Source: Klebsiella pneumoniae (GTDB taxonomy: Bacteria; Pseudomonadota; Gammaproteobacteria; Pseudomonadales; UBA5518). From it: DNA of 64,000 nt. Below are positions 63,365 to 64,000 of this stretch, one piece after another. Numbering within the stretch: the stretch's first letter is position 1; each line of letters begins with the position of its first letter. The notes beneath the pieces were generated by a model. The model saw nothing but the letters and a program-made list of their open reading frames with translations, was not told where the DNA came from and searched no databases. The position numbers and the translations under genes are program-made. The DNA lies in contig CAMAXE010000005.1 in NCBI GenBank assembly GCA_945862145.1, positions 99,314-163,313 of the forward strand. The letters are read 5' to 3'.

Positions 63365-64000
63365 ATGAACACGAGCGCGACCAAACAGCATCTGCAGGCA
63401 CTCGACCGCGCGCACCACCTGCATCCATTCACGGATTTCCATGACCTTGCCGACCGCGGCACCCGGGTGATCAGCCGCGCCGAGCACATTTACATCCACG
63501 ATTTCGAGGGCAAGGCCTACCTCGATGGCATGTCGGGGCTCTGGTGCTGCAACCTCGGCTACAGCCAGCCGGCCATCGTCGAGGCCGTCGCGCGCCAGTT
63601 GGGCGAGCTGCCCTTCTACAACAACTTTTTCCAGTGCGCGCACCCGCCGTCGATCGAACTCGCACGCACGCTGGCGGAGATTGCACCGCCGCACATGCAG
63701 CACGTGTTCTTCACCAACTCGGGCTCCGAGGGCAACGACACGGTGCTGCGCATGGTGCGCCGCTACTGGGACCTAAAAGACCGGCCCGCCAAGCGCATGG
63801 TCATCAGCCGGGTGAACGGCTACCACGGCAGCACCATCGGCGCCGCGAGCCTGAGTGGCATGAGTTTCATGCACAAGCAATTCGAAACACTCCCCTACAT
63901 CACCCACATCCGCCAACCGCACTGGTACGGCGAGGGCCGGGCGCACTCGCGCGAGGACTTCGGCCTGATCGCGGCGCGTGCGCTGGAGGACAAGATCCTC
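63365..64000 (+). CDS. Class III (omega) aminotransferase, SpuC/putrescine-pyruvate aminotransferase-like; 3' end outside the window
   Basis: Not in the ORF track because there is no stop inside the window. My translation from ATG 63365 (AGGAA 7 nt upstream) reads 'MNTSATKQHLQALDRAHHLHPFTDF...GMSGLWCCNLGY...FFTNSGSEGNDT...NGYHGST'. Confidence 0.85.
   Translation, partial: MNTSATKQHLQALDRAHHLHPFTDFHDLADRGTRVISRAEHIYIHDFEGKAYLDGMSGLWCCNLGYSQPAIVEAVARQLGELPFYNNFFQCAHPPSIELARTLAEIAPPHMQHVFFTNSGSEGNDTVLRMVRRYWDLKDRPAKRMVISRVNGYHGSTIGAASLSGMSFMHKQFETLPYITHIRQPHWYGEGRAHSREDFGLIAARALEDKIL

Overview
Visibly GC-rich, gene-dense chromosomal segment of a Proteobacterium. Gene content and REP-type repeats suggest a gammaproteobacterium, but the taxon cannot be fixed from this window. 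I can support about 57 protein-coding genes and 2 pseudogenes. I saw no rRNA, tRNA, CRISPR array, transposase, integrase or phage gene.

Layout:
(1) 178-10099: oxidoreductase/amidohydrolase block (GPH-type MFS transporter, Tat-exported FAD oxidase, aldehyde dehydrogenase, GMC oxidoreductase, frameshifted tauD, COG0523 GTPase, amidohydrolase). Its three promoter regions share a YTATGCGAT motif.
(2) 10293-22527: an AraC regulator plus a translationally coupled operon that mixes acyl-CoA enzymes with opine-dehydrogenase, OCD, dehydratase and amidase enzymes, followed by an orphan secreted protein.
(3) 22562-30185: bicupin, DUF2891, SDR, P450, ACE-like M2 peptidase, gamma-glutamyltransferase.
(4) 30473-43703: a complete MSHA-type type IV pilus locus (mshI, pilN-like, J, K, L, M, N, E, G, then a pilin block) with two paralogous major-pilin genes.
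(5) 43997-53659: a 1158-aa GltD/NfnB-like + PyrK/NfnA-like fusion oxidoreductase, DUF2127, YaiI, NTF2-like protein, epimerase, SDR remnant, DjlA, PAP2, amidase.
(6) 53663-58265: PilZ, LuxR-type regulator, OPT transporter, periplasmic amidohydrolase.
(7) 58466-64000: gamma-glutamyl polyamine-utilisation genes (PuuA-like, PuuD-like, SpuC-like aminotransferase cut by the window end) interrupted by a TonB-dependent receptor.

Non-coding structure: REP/REPIN-like hairpin pairs at 26546-26599 and 58361-58437, and a perfect 63-bp nested palindrome at 59845-59907.

I do not see an unmistakable new system; nothing resembles a defence island, toxin-antitoxin pair, effector locus or mobile element. The best leads are the unassignable AraC-linked operon, the fusion oxidoreductase, and the reduced MSHA locus with a compositionally deviant second pilin cassette.

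All calls rest on motif and family recognition by eye from the supplied translations. No similarity search, HMM scan or statistics was run.
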